From Hypanus sabinus (Eukaryota), in NCBI RefSeq assembly GCF_030144855.1, contig NC_082709.1, forward strand, positions 28,644,001 through 28,708,000: a stretch of 64,000 nucleotides of DNA. The letters are read 5' to 3'. A program made the position numbers and the translations under genes. Every line of letters begins with the position of its first letter. Within the stretch, counting starts at the first letter, position 1. A model generated the notes under the pieces. That model saw only the letters and a list, made by a program, of their open reading frames with translations, was not told where the DNA came from and made no database searches. Below are positions 37,360 to 50,322 of the stretch, one piece after another.

Positions 37360-38108
37360 GAGACAATTGTGAGGATAAAAGCCCACCAGGCCCGGCCTCT
37401 AAGAGAGTCCGTACAGCCTATACCAGTGCACAACTGGTTGAACTGGAAAAGGAGTTCCATTTTAATCGTTATCTGTGTCGTCCTCGTCGAGTTGAAATGG
37501 CAAACTTATTAAATCTAACTGAACGGCAAATAAAGATTTGGTTCCAGAACAGAAGAATGAAGTACAAAAAAGACCAAAAGGCAAAAGGGATCATGCACTC
37601 TCCAGTTGGACAGTCTCCAGACAGAAGCCCACTTTTAAATGCTCCAAATAATATTGGATTCTCAAACCAGCTCCCCGCTGTCAACAGTTTGAATTACGAA
37701 GCTCATTCTCCAACATCTTTCACCAAATCTCAGCAGAATATGTATGGCTTGGCTGCTTACACAGCACCTCTTAATAGCTGCCTACCCCAGCAGAAGAGGT
37801 ACCCAGGTACAGAGTTTGAGCATCATACAATGCAGGGAAATGGAGGCTTTGCTAACCATAATTTGCAAGGCAGCCCTGTGTATGTTGGAGGGAACTTTGT
37901 TGATTCAATGCCAGCTTCTGGTCCTATGTTCAACCTTAGTCATCTTCCTCATCCTTCATCAGCCACTGTGGACTATAGTTGTGCTGCACAAATACCAGGC
38001 AGTCACCATCATGGACCATGCGATCCCCATCCCACGTATACAGATCTGACTACTCATCACACAGCTCAGGGAAGAATTCAAGAAGCACCCAAATTAACGC
38101 ATCTGTAA
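37360..38108 (+). CDS. HOXD3: HoxD3 homeobox exon
   Basis: Acceptor TTCTGCAG|; [48 protein letters not shown]...; Hox3 C-terminus [13 protein letters not shown]. Confidence 0.97.
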
Positions 38109-40967
38109 CGGACTAGCACGGTCTGCCAAGCGATGCTGCTTCGCTTTTTTATTACCTCATTTGTATCAGATATTCTCCTGCTATGAGACTGCCACAGTAT
38201 TTGCCCATCACTCATTCTCTACCCACCACATTGCTTTTCTGTGTTTATTTAAGGGTCTACACATCAGCCATCCCTTTCAATAAGATCCTACCATAATACA
38301 GAATGCAAATAGAGGAAAAATTGCTTGAAATAGGTGCTTTTGAAGGTAAGACATGCAAAGTCAGTCTTCAGCAAACCCTTCTTAATGTGAATTTTAAAGA
38401 CTAGTGTTCTATACTAGTGGTATTCTGTCTGTAACTGGTCTTACTGCCCAGAACCCCAGCTATGTACTTCTCAGTAATGAACAACCTGCATTCAACAACA
38501 TTAATATGTATTTATTATTTTAAGTCAAAATCAAAAAGATTTTTCTATGACTTATTTATCCTTGTCTTAATGTATTTATGTGAAATTTATAGAGCTTATA
38601 CAATCTGACTTTGACCTGTTTAATCCATGTCTGTTACAATCATATTTCTCCTCTTTAGTAAACCTGGGTTTAAACTAGATGAGAGGATAGTTTTTGAGCA
38701 GTTGTATCAGTGGCTGGTGTTTGTAGATTATGTAAGTATTATCTCTGAAAGCAAATTGTAAGTTATAACTGTAGTAAATCAGAGAAAATGTGACACTACA
38801 GGATAGACAACACATTTCTATAAGAATACTTTATTTCAACTGTCTGGTACGATTTCAACGGATATTTAGAATAAAACGGTGTTCTTTGAACAAACATGTA
38901 GCCTTCATTTATGAATGCACCACATCAGCTTTACGCCTCGCCATCTTGTCTCCGCGCTTTTCCTTAATACACCACAAGCTAGCTACAGTCACCGGTTGGT
39001 TGGGAACTGAGCTCTTTGTGCCGAGCTGCTTTCAGTGTCAATATGTATTTGCAAAGTGATATACTATCATGTTCAAATGGCATCAAGTGACAAGCGTGGC
39101 TTTTTGTTTCGCTTAGAAATGTAATATCGATACATTCAAAAGACATTTTAAGAGACGGGCGCACAAAATAATAAGGTGGAAGCAGAAAGAATGGAGACGA
39201 GGAAGAGAAGAAATAAGGCAAAACTGCATGATATAGTAGGGAATAATATCAAGCATTGGTTATCCCAATAAATCCCGTCTTCTTCCTCCTTTTACTTTTC
39301 CTCAATATCTAGTATCCGTGCCACATTAAATATTTCCATTGATACAGCTTTAAGCATAAGAGCGAATTTAGTAAATAATGTTCCATTTCAAAGATAGTCC
39401 GTAATTAAGCCAGCTGTAATTAATGTAAAGAATATTACTGTGTTAGGGAGACGGCCGTGCTACGCTGCCTCATCCGATGCTGGCCGGGTCAATTGGCCCA
39501 GTGTAGCGCAGGGCGGTGAGTGCCTGCGGGAGCTGAGGCAGCTCCAGGGCTGCCGTCTCCTTCCACACCAGTCACCCGCGACCCCGATCCACGCACCGCC
39601 ATTTTGTTGCCAAGCGGAGCAGGGCTGTGGATATTCCTTCAGCAACAAAGACATCCCCCATGCAGCGGAAATAAAGTGCATGTCCCTGCTTTAAGTGGCA
39701 AATAAAACGTTCACTTTCCAAGGGCGCACGAATTTGAATCCGTCGGCGCTTTGGGGAAGACGACAATCTAACTCCCTTTTTTGTTGGGTATCGTTACATC
39801 AGAAAGCAGCACTATCAATTCAATTTTCTCTAAATTTAATTTAATTTAATTAAGCCCCTTTAACTTCTTTCATTTAAAACTTCTGATAACAAGGTAGAGT
39901 TCGACATGTATGCAGTGCCAGATTATAATGCACAACAAACAGTTCCTTAGCGGCGAGTAACGCCAACGCCGGAAAGGGGTCCTTCAGCCTAGCTTTCTTA
40001 TTATACCACCCACTCGGCCAAAAAAAATCAAATGTTGTCTTTCTAGCAGAAAGGAGTTAAGTCACCCAATCATTCCACAACTTTCTGAAAGCCTGCGAAA
40101 TCCACTGGCATTACACGAATACAATGTAGCACTTCGATTTTTGAGCTCGAAACATTCTGCGAATGTGAGTGGAAAAATATAACAAATATTGTGCTTATTA
40201 ATTTGCCAATAATGTGTTACAGAATACGCAGCCTAAGGGTTTAAGTGGAAAATAATTTACAAATATTGTTATAAAATGTGGAAAGTTCGTAAATCGCGAC
40301 AGCTGTGTTCAGATAGAATCCCCGAGATGTTATTTCGCAAAAGACTTTAAAAAAATGGCTTGTGGGTGTTTATGAAAGCAACAAATAACATATGAACGAG
40401 GAGTCATTTGTAAACAGGGCGTGCTGCTCCATATGGGTGAGTTGTATCGTACTTGTTGAGACTGTACAGACACCGAATAAATTGCACAATTAAAACAAAT
40501 TCGAATGACCCAAAGGGGTGGGGGAGAAGAAAGTAAAGTTGGAAATGTTTACCATGCTAGTTTATATTCATGCTAAAATCCAGAATGTGCCTGAAAGTAA
40601 TTCCCTTATTTGGCTTTGCCAGCTTCAATTGTCCAGCGTACTGCTTTGACCACAGCTTGCGTTCATTCTTCTATGAGGAATAGTCTTGCGATGTTTGTCA
40701 GAGCGCCGAAGATTAATTGATTTGTCGTTCATTACTCCACTCCATGCATTTGTTAGCAGGACTCTAGACTCGAGTGTTCGTTTCTGCTCCATGATGTAGC
40801 CACCCACCAAGAGAAGAATATTTTGTAGTCGTACGTTTCTACATTATGGAAGCGCTTCTTCTCTACCCTATTATATAATATGACCCGTAGAAGGCAGAGG
40901 AAATGTTACCTACACCTTTATATATTTTATTTCAGAATCACTGAGAAAGCCAGGCTTATTTTCCACT

Positions 40968-41030
40968 CTTGTCATTGGTTAAGGCAATCATGTGACGATA
41001 AAATCAGCCTCATCTCAACGTCGTGACCGT
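40968..41030 (+). promoter_or_regulatory. HoxD2 proximal promoter
   Basis: ATTGG(40974-40978)-N10-CATGTG(40989-40994), ~165 bp upstream of the ATG. Confidence 0.65.
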
Positions 41031-41156
41031 GTATTCAATAGACATAGTTAATAATAGCACGGTCCCTTAGCGTTTGCAATCAGTACATTTTATAAATATA
41101 CATTTTCAAAGAAATTGTCAAATAAGCAATTTTCTACCGATTCTGCCCGTGCAGAA

Positions 41157-41502
41157 ATGAGCAACGAATTTGAGCGTGAGGTTGGTTTTATCAATAGCGA
41201 GCCATCGCTCGCCGAGTGTCTGACATCCTTTCCTCCTGCAAGCGAGACATTTCAAAGTTCATCAATCAAGAACTCGACGCTTTCACATTCGACACTGATT
41301 CCTCCTCCTTTTGAGCAGAGCTTCTGCAGCTTGGACCCCGGTAACACACACCAAAATGGGAAAACCCACACTTCAAAAGGCATTGGTCGGGACACGTTAG
41401 GGGACAAACCTCTGGAATATCCGTGGATGAGAGAAAAGAAACAGCTCAAGAAAAAAACAGTCCCTGCGCCAGGATCATTCTCATCTTGCTCTTCCAATGA
41501 AG
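41157..41502 (+). CDS. HOXD2: HoxD2 coding exon 1 (spliced protein 363 aa)
   Basis: MSNEFEREVGFINSEPSLAECLTSFPP and TLIPPPFEQ (Hox2 motifs), EYPWMREKK; phase-1 donor GAAG|GTCGGG is weak but restores frame with exon 2. Confidence 0.9.
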
Positions 41503-41856
41503 GTCGGGTCAATAATATTTACTTCTATTTTTAAAAAGATTGGTACTCAGAGGTCGTAGTTCTAAAAAAATGTCAATTCTGAAGCAGAAACAAAGGTTTA
41601 ATTGACTGAAAGATGTCATACCTGCAAGATGCTCATCCCTTTCCCTAACAATATTCAAAGGGTAAAACTCCTGGGCTTGTGAACGAGTGACTACTAGACT
41701 ATATAGCAGATAAACAGTATAATCTCTCTCTCTTGCCTTATCTAGGCCATGATTTAAGTGGAAACCTTCTGTGTCGCGGAGACGGCCATTTTATGCTGCT
41801 GGATTATTCGGCTGAAATTGTGATGATTTATCGAAACTTTTCTTTCTTTGTTACAG

Positions 41857-42602
41857 AAAATGAAGAGTTTAATGAGCCGGATAACGGGAGTCCTTTTGAC
41901 AGCTCCAGGAGACTACGAACCACTTACACTAACACTCAGCTGTTGGAGCTTGAGAAGGAATTTCATTACAACAGATACCTTTGTAGACCACGGAGGGTAG
42001 AAATCGCAGCTCTCCTCGATTTAACAGAAAGGCAAGTCAAAGTCTGGTTTCAGAACAGACGTATGAAACACAAGAGACAAACTCGATTCAAACAAAGTCA
42101 AAACGGCGATTCAAAGCGCCATTTTGCCAACAATGTTAATCAGAGTGGATTTTCCACGATAAGTTTTGAGACACCTGTAAATAAATCTTTGAATTCAATA
42201 GACAGTGAAAACAATTCAAAGCAAGATATTTGTGGTTTTACACATAAAGATGCATTGAGTGATATCGGCAGTGACCTGCTCAGTATTGTTGGCACTTCTC
42301 TGCTCTCCACTGATGGAGCTCAGTGCCATACTTTTCCTCAGAGTTCAGATGAAACAGACTGCCTGCTACCTATGTTGAAGAACTGCTCGGCTGGAACAAG
42401 CCCCAGCAGTCCGGAGAGCTTCAATATTCCATCTCTGGAGGATTTAGACAAAATTACAATCGAACCCCGTCTAGATCTTATAGAAGAATTACCTCAAATG
42501 TCTTTGTTGGAAAACGAAGATACGCTAGTTATTCCCTCTAATGTGTTTGATTTTTTAAGTGATAGTTTTAGTTCCACTGATTTGCAGCACCTCCAGTTTT
42601 AG
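41857..42602 (+). CDS. HOXD2: HoxD2 coding exon 2 (homeobox)
   Basis: Acceptor CTTTGTTACAG|; [60 protein letters not shown]; Hox2 C-terminus DLQHLQF*. Confidence 0.94.
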
Positions 42603-42626
42603 TTCGAATTCCAGCTTATGCACAGG

Positions 42627-42644
42627 CAGACAGACAGACAGCCA

Positions 42645-42692
<48 letters not shown>
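42627..42692. repeat. (CAGA)n-(CA)n microsatellite in the HoxD2 3' UTR
   Basis: CAGACAGACAGACAG followed by about 23 CA units, starting 25 nt after the stop codon. Confidence 0.95.
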
Positions 42693-42693
<1 letters not shown>

Positions 42694-45600
42694 CTGAGAA
42701 ACTTTAATAGCTGCTATTTCCAATAACTACGAACTAATTGGAAAGTCGTGTCATTATTATTACAAGCCCCTTAGTTTAATACATGATCAACTATGGACTT
42801 TCAGCTCATACCTGCCTTGAATAGAAAAAAGAGTTCAGAAGAAAACAACTGTAATGAAGTACAAGAAATCAAACTATTTTCAATATTTTATTTTGAATAA
42901 TATAAATATTTCAAATATTGCAGATTTTCCAAAACGAATTACATGTTCTTATTTAACAAATTATATATTAATTTGTGTAAAAAGTATGCCAGCAAAAATA
43001 AAATATTGTATTCGAATGTCTGTTCTGGAGCTGCTGATCACTCGATCTGTGTCAGTCCATAATCCAAATCAGCGATGTTCCTGGAAAATAAGAAAAATTT
43101 TAAAAATCAACAACAAGTAAACAAAAATAATAATATGTGTATTCTGGCTGAAACAAAACTCATTGCTTATGTTAGGAATTTCATGTTAGGAATTGGTTGT
43201 GATGGAAACATTCATTATGTTTAATAATTCCCCAGACTTACTAATTTTAACATTATTGTTTAAAGAAATCTGCGGTTAGAAATATCTATAGAACTGACTT
43301 ATTTTTTGGCCACTTTGCTCATCACTATTCATAATTAAACATTAAGGCTTCTTCTGACGTTTAAAGTCGAAAAAAAGCTGGAAAGGTCCTGATTATCGGT
43401 AAGATGCAATTTATAATTGTCAAGATACTCTGTTATTACAGCATTGTTCCTAAAGAAAACTCTCAGCAATCACAAGTGAATGATAAGCGAGGAAAGGCGC
43501 CATTTTGTTAGACGAACAATATTTAGCACTTGAATAGTCAAATATATAAAGAGATGGTAGAACAAAGACTCCACAAATAACTCGATTTCCAGTCTCCAAT
43601 TACGGTACCTCCAAAGAAATGCATGGCATTTGGAAATATAAACAAATCATGAATAAAGCTCCAACGCCAAATAAATATGAAAGCAAAACAAAATTGTATT
43701 TCCACTGGCCATCACTTCTTTGTGTTCTATCATTTTGTCCGGATTATCTCATGCGAGTTTTGTGTATATTTCCAAATATTGTGCACTTACTCACCGAAAA
43801 AAATGTTTTGGTAAAATCCCAATTATTACACGCCAAAACATTTCCGTGTAACCGCTGATAAGATCGGCCCTGCAGAGTAATTGCTAAAACCTTGATGCAA
43901 AAATTCTTGCATTCTGAAAAATGTCTCCAAGCCATATATCAATTGAATTTATGACTTCATGAAATTTATTGAGCATGCTATTGGCTGAAGCTCGTGCAAA
44001 AAAAAATAAAATGCATCACAGTCTAAGGCAAAAATTTACGAATTATTTCGAAGATGGAGATAACACGTGCTTTATAAAACGGTTAACTTATGCGGCCAGC
44101 ATAACAAAGAATAACTGTATTTTGAAAAGACATGCAGCTTTAAAGTGCTTAACACGCCCACGCACATTTTTGTTAGTTACCAATGCTGACTGCTAGTATT
44201 GTGCTTTGAAGCGCCCACAATGGATATTTGTAATGGCCAATAAACATTTATTTTTCAAAAATCCTTTAATGCCTTACTTTACCAGAGAAAACGCCGTTCT
44301 GTGACAGTCCAGAAATAGGGGGTCTGTTTTCGTTACACAAGGCAGCATCGTGCTTTTTATCGCTGTAACAGTTGAAAAATAGTCGGTACATCGTTTCACA
44401 TTTCAGTATCACAGTCACTATATAGTAACAAACCTTTATTTACAAAAATAAGTTTGATAATAATGTGAAAACCGAAAATCTACGTTAATTTAATTACTTG
44501 CTTATTTGGTACCGTTAGAAACTATACATTAGAATGAGTTATTAATCGTCTGCAAATAATCTCGAATTTTATTTTTGATTATAGCAAAGATAGTAAACAC
44601 TTTTCATTTAACTGTAATGTGTTTTCCTTCTGCATTAAATGCTGATGAAATTAGCAATAAATTCACTTAATTACTCTCCAACTCAAAATGCTGTGCTTTC
44701 GTTCCACACTGTAAGGTCATCCTGTCCATCTCATTCACAGTAAAAAGTGACTCTTTGATCGGCATAATTTATGAAGATTTTACTATTTAAGTTAGTAGCA
44801 AACAGTAAATATTCCCCCAAAAAATATGAAATTCCCTCTGAACAAAAAGGCATGACATTGTTTACTGTTCTTGGTAACAAACAGCAGCTCTCCAGGAACC
44901 TCACAGCAAACGGTCATGTGACAGCAAAATCAGTCATCATATTTCATGTTTATATTGACAACAGACTGGTATATTTACAACCACTATTTCCGTTTATTTT
45001 ACAAACATGAAGGCTGTAAAAGCGCAATTGTAAATGAAAAGGAAGGCTAATTTTGGAATTTGAAACAACGCATTAGCAAATAAGGAGTTGGGCTGAAAGA
45101 CTTGCAGCTAACTCTGGATGCATGGCTGTCAGTGGGGCATTGTTAAGAGTTCATCAATCATGAAATCTGCACTTTTCCCTCGACAGCAGTTCCTCCTACT
45201 TTAAAGCAAGCCAAGGCCAGCTGGGATCCCTCCAGCAACCGCTGCCAAAGCGGACAAATGTGAAAACGAATAACACAGCAGTCTAATCACACCACAGACG
45301 AAACCTTCTGTACGGCCAGCCTTCGACAAATCTGGATCCCTCGTTACTGCTCGTTAAAGAGGGTAAAACGTTTCAAGGACATCAAAAATTCTGGCATGGA
45401 TGCGAAAGCTATGTGTGCTTAAATTATTTTCATGTATGACTGCTTTGTGGTATTGGGTCATTTGCATTAACCTTTGAAAAAGTGGCACTATTACTTGTGG
45501 GTTCAAGGAATCCCTGAAGTATAAAACATACTGTACTTTATTTACAACCTTCCGTTTCCCCTTGTCGATTCATAGTACAGTTAATGAGAAACTAATATAA

Positions 45601-48539
45601 TTGCTATTTCTGTCAGAGTAGATGAAAGAGAAACAGAGACTTTTATTTTTGGTGCTCATTAAAGAACCCGACTTAGGACAGGACAATCCAATTTCAAACG
45701 CCACAAAAATAAAGCAGAAATATTTCACGGACAATGTTGGGTTGCCTGACAAACTGAAGAACGCGAAACAACCGCGATCCAAACGCTTTTTTTTCGAAAT
45801 TGCCCTTTCATCTCCAGATGTCGGTCGCTTACGTACCACCCCCCCCCCCAACCACATCATATGCCCACCCCCATTCTATCTCCGCCCCATATGGTTATAA
45901 CGTTAAGATGGAGGCTAACCTCATACACTTCCATGTTTTTATTGGAAAGCGTGGGAAAAAATGCTGACATAGTTATTTTGTCATACATGCCCCTAACCAA
46001 ATGAGTAATGCGTACTTGGAGAACTTTTATCTCCAAATCGTTAGCCAAGTATTGAAAAGCCACATCCTCTGCGTCAGCAGCTAAACTGTCTAGCATCGAG
46101 TGAATCAATATGCTTAAGTGCCGTGAATATGAAAAAGGGCGCCATGCTTTAAATCCACATAAACACTTTGAGTTGGGATTGGTCCAATACAATATATTAG
46201 TGTGAACATGATCTCTAATGAAATAAGCATGCACTCAGCTTCTGCTATGTCACTCAATACCATCTCCAGTCACTTTCACCTAATACTGCCCAAAAAATGA
46301 TTTGCTTTCAGATTTATTGCCACTGGTAGCGAGAGAGATTCTAGAAGGAGGTTGACAGGTTTTCAAACAATAGTTCCTAGTTTATAGAAGGAACCAAGTA
46401 CGCGGGTCTATTACAGCCCATTCATGACAAAAAATGGAATTGCCTTTAAATTAAACAAATATTCATGGGGCTGACTGCTTGTTCGAATAATCAATCAAAA
46501 CAGTAAAGCAGACTTGAGTGCATTGGTCCAAAGAAAGCAACACCACAAAACTTCCAATATTATGTGGATATGGAAAGCATACATTTGAGAAGAGTTTTTG
46601 GAAATCGGAGTTTACTTTTCATATTTGGGCGCACACCTAATAAAATATAATAGTCATAATGGTAAAATAAATGACTGGGAAATGTATCACTTTCAATGTT
46701 GCATGAAGTGCTTCAAAGTAAAAGTGGATATATCTTTGAATGTTAAACATACAGGCTGACGCGTGCTATGACACTGATATTAGCATAAATGAATAGGCAT
46801 TTGCTGTGGATTCCCAGTCTTCACAATGGCTCAGCAAATGTCCACAATCCCAGTTGAAAGAACAATCTAAATATATCGAAATGATTGTGTTTCTATCCAA
46901 TATATATCTCTGAGAAACAACAAAATTGATATTGTGCTTTTTAATGTGTCATTAAAATAAGAAACAGCATGTTAATTTAATTACTATATTTTAACTGTGA
47001 TTATGTTTGAAGAGTATCTCTTTGGCGACTAGGGACCTGCTGAATGGGACGAGAAGAGCGCTATATAAATGCAAATCTTTAGTATATTGTTATGTTTTTA
47101 TTAAAAAGTTTCGAACGCTGTGTATATCCTTCACACAAAAAAATAACAGAAGCATATTAGCAGACAAATGTGAAGTGAATGGGAATGCGCATTTGCTGAA
47201 TTGTGTATGCAGGAATTTAGTCATTTGCAAATCCCGTTGTAACTATGCTTTCAAAGACCTCAAACTCACTTCCTTCTGAATTATGCATAACAGTTTTTTT
47301 AAATCTGGCCACAACATGGACGGGAAGAGCTTTTCCACTCGAGCCTTTTACTCAAACCGCAGAATAGCAACATAAGCCTTCATCAAGATCCCATTGCAAA
47401 AGACACGAATACAAAATGAAACGGTGGAAAAACTCAAACTGTCGACTTTAAAAAATAAGAGAGAAGCATTAGAATTCACTTGAGGATTGGGCGGATGGAC
47501 AGACATAAAAACACAAATATGGAGACAAGCAGACATACGATGCCGTGAACATTGATTTCAAATTCATCATACTTAACATTGGCCATATACGTACAGCTTT
47601 TTTATACTATTGAAGAAATTTCCTTCAAATGGCTGTAGTTCTGTGCTAAACTGGTTCAAGAGAGTGTCAACAAGCTAGTTAAATGATTTTGTAATGCATA
47701 CCGCCGCTGGCGATGCTATCTGCACTGCACACGCCTTGAGTGAGGATGTTTTGACAGGCGAACAGCGTCCACTCAGCTTCTACCACAGAAATACGCCAGG
47801 GCAGGGCGAATTAAAATATTAATGTGAATTAAAATATTAATTATTAGTTTAATTAAAACATTAATTTGCAGCATCGATTTCACCTAACAAATGTAATCAC
47901 TCCATTATAGTTAGGGTTTTTTTAGTTTAAAAACTTTTCATCCTAAATGAAATGATATGTTTAAGTTATATTTCTTCCGGCATGCCTCATATATAGCAGG
48001 GTTGTCGAAGAATTTAGGAGTAGCTACTGCTAAATCTGGTCAGTCAAATACACAAACCTGTCGCAGCAAAGCAACGTTCTGACTTCTATTTCAGCACTTA
48101 TTTTACATCATTATATTCTAATAATTGCACTTATTATTTATTGCACTTTCCATACAACCTACTGCCATTAATAATGATTGACACATTTCCTATTGTAAAG
48201 GCAAGGACAGCTCTATTCTGTTATATCGCTGACCAAGTTAGTTCATATGTTTATTTTATTGTTTAAAAAATGTAGAGTAGGCCCCAATGTTAATATTAGG
48301 AAGCCCGTAATTCGCGGGATTATCAAACGTAATTTGATAGTTTATTTTAAACAATCCGGTTTTTTAACTAATCCCAACAGCTGCCTATGACGTTGCCTCG
48401 GCAATGCTGTGAAGAAATAGTACCTACCAGAGAGTAGGCTCTACATTATAATAAAAATAGCATTTTCTTGAGATGAGCTGTAGACTGCACACCGAGTGGC
48501 AGAACGGAACCCTGCCTGTATTCCTGAAACTACTTAAAC

Positions 48540-48935
48540 GGCCTTGAGGCGGATTCTGCCATTGCTGATTTGTTTGCAATGTAACTATAGTAACTCATTT
48601 CGTGACTCTGCCAGCAGTGCACCGCTGGCTGACACAGCCGGAGTGCCCTGCAACGTACGTGCCACCACCACACTCTCGTTGCTCTGCAGGGCACAAACGA
48701 CCCCGGGTAACAGCAAGGTCCTACCTCTCAAAGGGCTTTCGGAGAATCGACCGCCGCATGGACTTGGCCAGCGGACGTCCCTGCGTGCCGTCTTCATGAT
48801 GTGATCCTCATAGAAGATGCGTGGATTGAGGAGTCCACTCCTTTTGATAATGAGCGACGACCTCCGACCGCCATGGAATAGCTCTGCTTGTGTTTGCGGT
48901 GATTGGTGGACCGCGATCACGTGACATCCCGGCTC
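48540..48935 (+). promoter_or_regulatory. HoxD1 promoter, CpG-rich island
   Basis: GC/CpG-rich stretch ending in ATTGG(48902-48906)-N11-CACGTG(48918-48923). Confidence 0.7.
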
Positions 48936-49048
48936 AATATTAGGAATATTTACTTCCTCTGCTTTGCAAAGTGAAGGAACTGCTATGGTGATCGGGGATA
49001 CACAGTAGCGCCCAACATTCCATTCTCCTGTAACCCAGCAGTGGAAGA

Positions 49049-49625
49049 ATGAGCTCTTATTTAGAATATATTCCCAGTGCAGATATTCTGACGTTTTCTC
49101 CTAAGTTCTGTCGCAGTAATTCTCCTTCTGTCTCGTTGAAGCAGTACACCGGAGAAGGTCGGTGCATAGCACTTGGACCGGAAGGTGATTCATCTCCCAG
49201 CCGTCATCACCTTAATCACCTTCATCAGGCCGTACCGGGTAGCTTCGAACTTTCCTACAACTCCTCTCCAACTGCAGACATTAACCTCTTACCTCCGAGT
49301 CACCACGGCTGTGACTTTGCTTATGCTGCGAACCAGGAGCTGGATGACACGGGGGGACTTGTCCCATACACCACCTCTGTTTACTCGGGAGGCACATCTT
49401 ATCCGATCAGTACGCGCCAGCACGAGTACAGTGTCTTTGGTGAACAGGAGCAGGAGCAATACCAAAGCTACGGCAATGAGTTCCCAAACTTTTACTCCGG
49501 GCAATATCAGAGTCTATCCCCTTCTCAGAGCATTTATCAAAGGCCAGTGTCTCCCACAATAGAAAAGATCCTCACTGCAAATACCTTCGAATGGATGAAA
49601 GTGAAGAGAAATCCTCCCAAAGCAG
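49049..49625 (+). CDS. HOXD1: HoxD1 coding exon 1 (spliced protein 313 aa)
   Basis: MSSYLEY...PKFCRS N-terminus (HoxD1-type), TFEWMKVKRNPPK hexapeptide; phase-1 donor GCAG|GTCAGT. Confidence 0.95.
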
Positions 49626-49957
49626 GTCAGTGTAAAGCCCTGTGGGTGACAGTGCTTAACCTCTTCGCCGAATGAATCTGCGGTCGCGCGGGTGTCTTCC
49701 GTTAGGTATGTCCGAAGCAATAATTCAGTGTTAACCCTTAAATCCAGACAGTAATCAGCAAGGGTGAGGTTGATTCTTCGTGCTTTCCATGTTCATATCG
49801 CTGGCAGTAACTTTATCTGAGCACGAGAAAAGTGATCCAAATCGTTCAAACACCAACTACACGAGAAAAATGCCAGTGCTGAAATGTACTTGCTAACTAA
49901 CTTGTTTATGCTTCCCTACGAAATGCTATACGTAACTATACTGTATGTCTTTTGTAG

Positions 49958-50322
49958 CTAAAGCAACCGAATACGGGGTCGCCAGCTCTCCAAACACAGC
50001 CCGTACAAATTTCACCACCAAACAACTGACGGAACTGGAGAAGGAATTTCATTTCAATAAATACTTAACTCGAACCAGGCGCGTGGAAATAGCTAACGCC
50101 CTACAACTCAGTGAAACCCAGGTGAAGATTTGGTTCCAGAACAGAAGAATGAAGCAAAAGAAAAGAGAGAGAGAAGGCCTCCTGGCCAGTTTAACCTGCT
50201 TAAGCAGTAGTGACGACTCACCGTTCATAGAAACTTCTGAGAAATTGGACTCTACCTCGCCGTTTCCTTCGTCACCAACAAAGGGCACGTCAGGTTCTCT
50301 GAAACTTGCTGAATTGAAATAA
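49958..50322 (+). CDS. HOXD1: HoxD1 coding exon 2 (homeobox)
   Basis: Acceptor TCTTTTGTAG|; [59 protein letters not shown]. Confidence 0.96.

Noticed and set aside
39460-39560. Hammerhead ribozyme in the GC-rich fold-back (CGGATGAG on - strand)
   Set aside because: Core differs from CTGANGA and there is no GAAA box at the right position.
48544-49720. Overlapping and antisense ORFs around HoxD1 (likewise HoxD4 and HoxD3)
   Set aside because: No recognisable domains; expected in GC-rich or coding sequence.
8270-50322. Assignment to the HoxA, HoxB or HoxC cluster
   Set aside because: The miR-10b sequence variant, the MLF... extension on Hox3, the HoxD1-type N-terminus, the Hoxd4-type 5' RARE, the presence of Hox2 and the lack of Hox6 upstream all fit HoxD.
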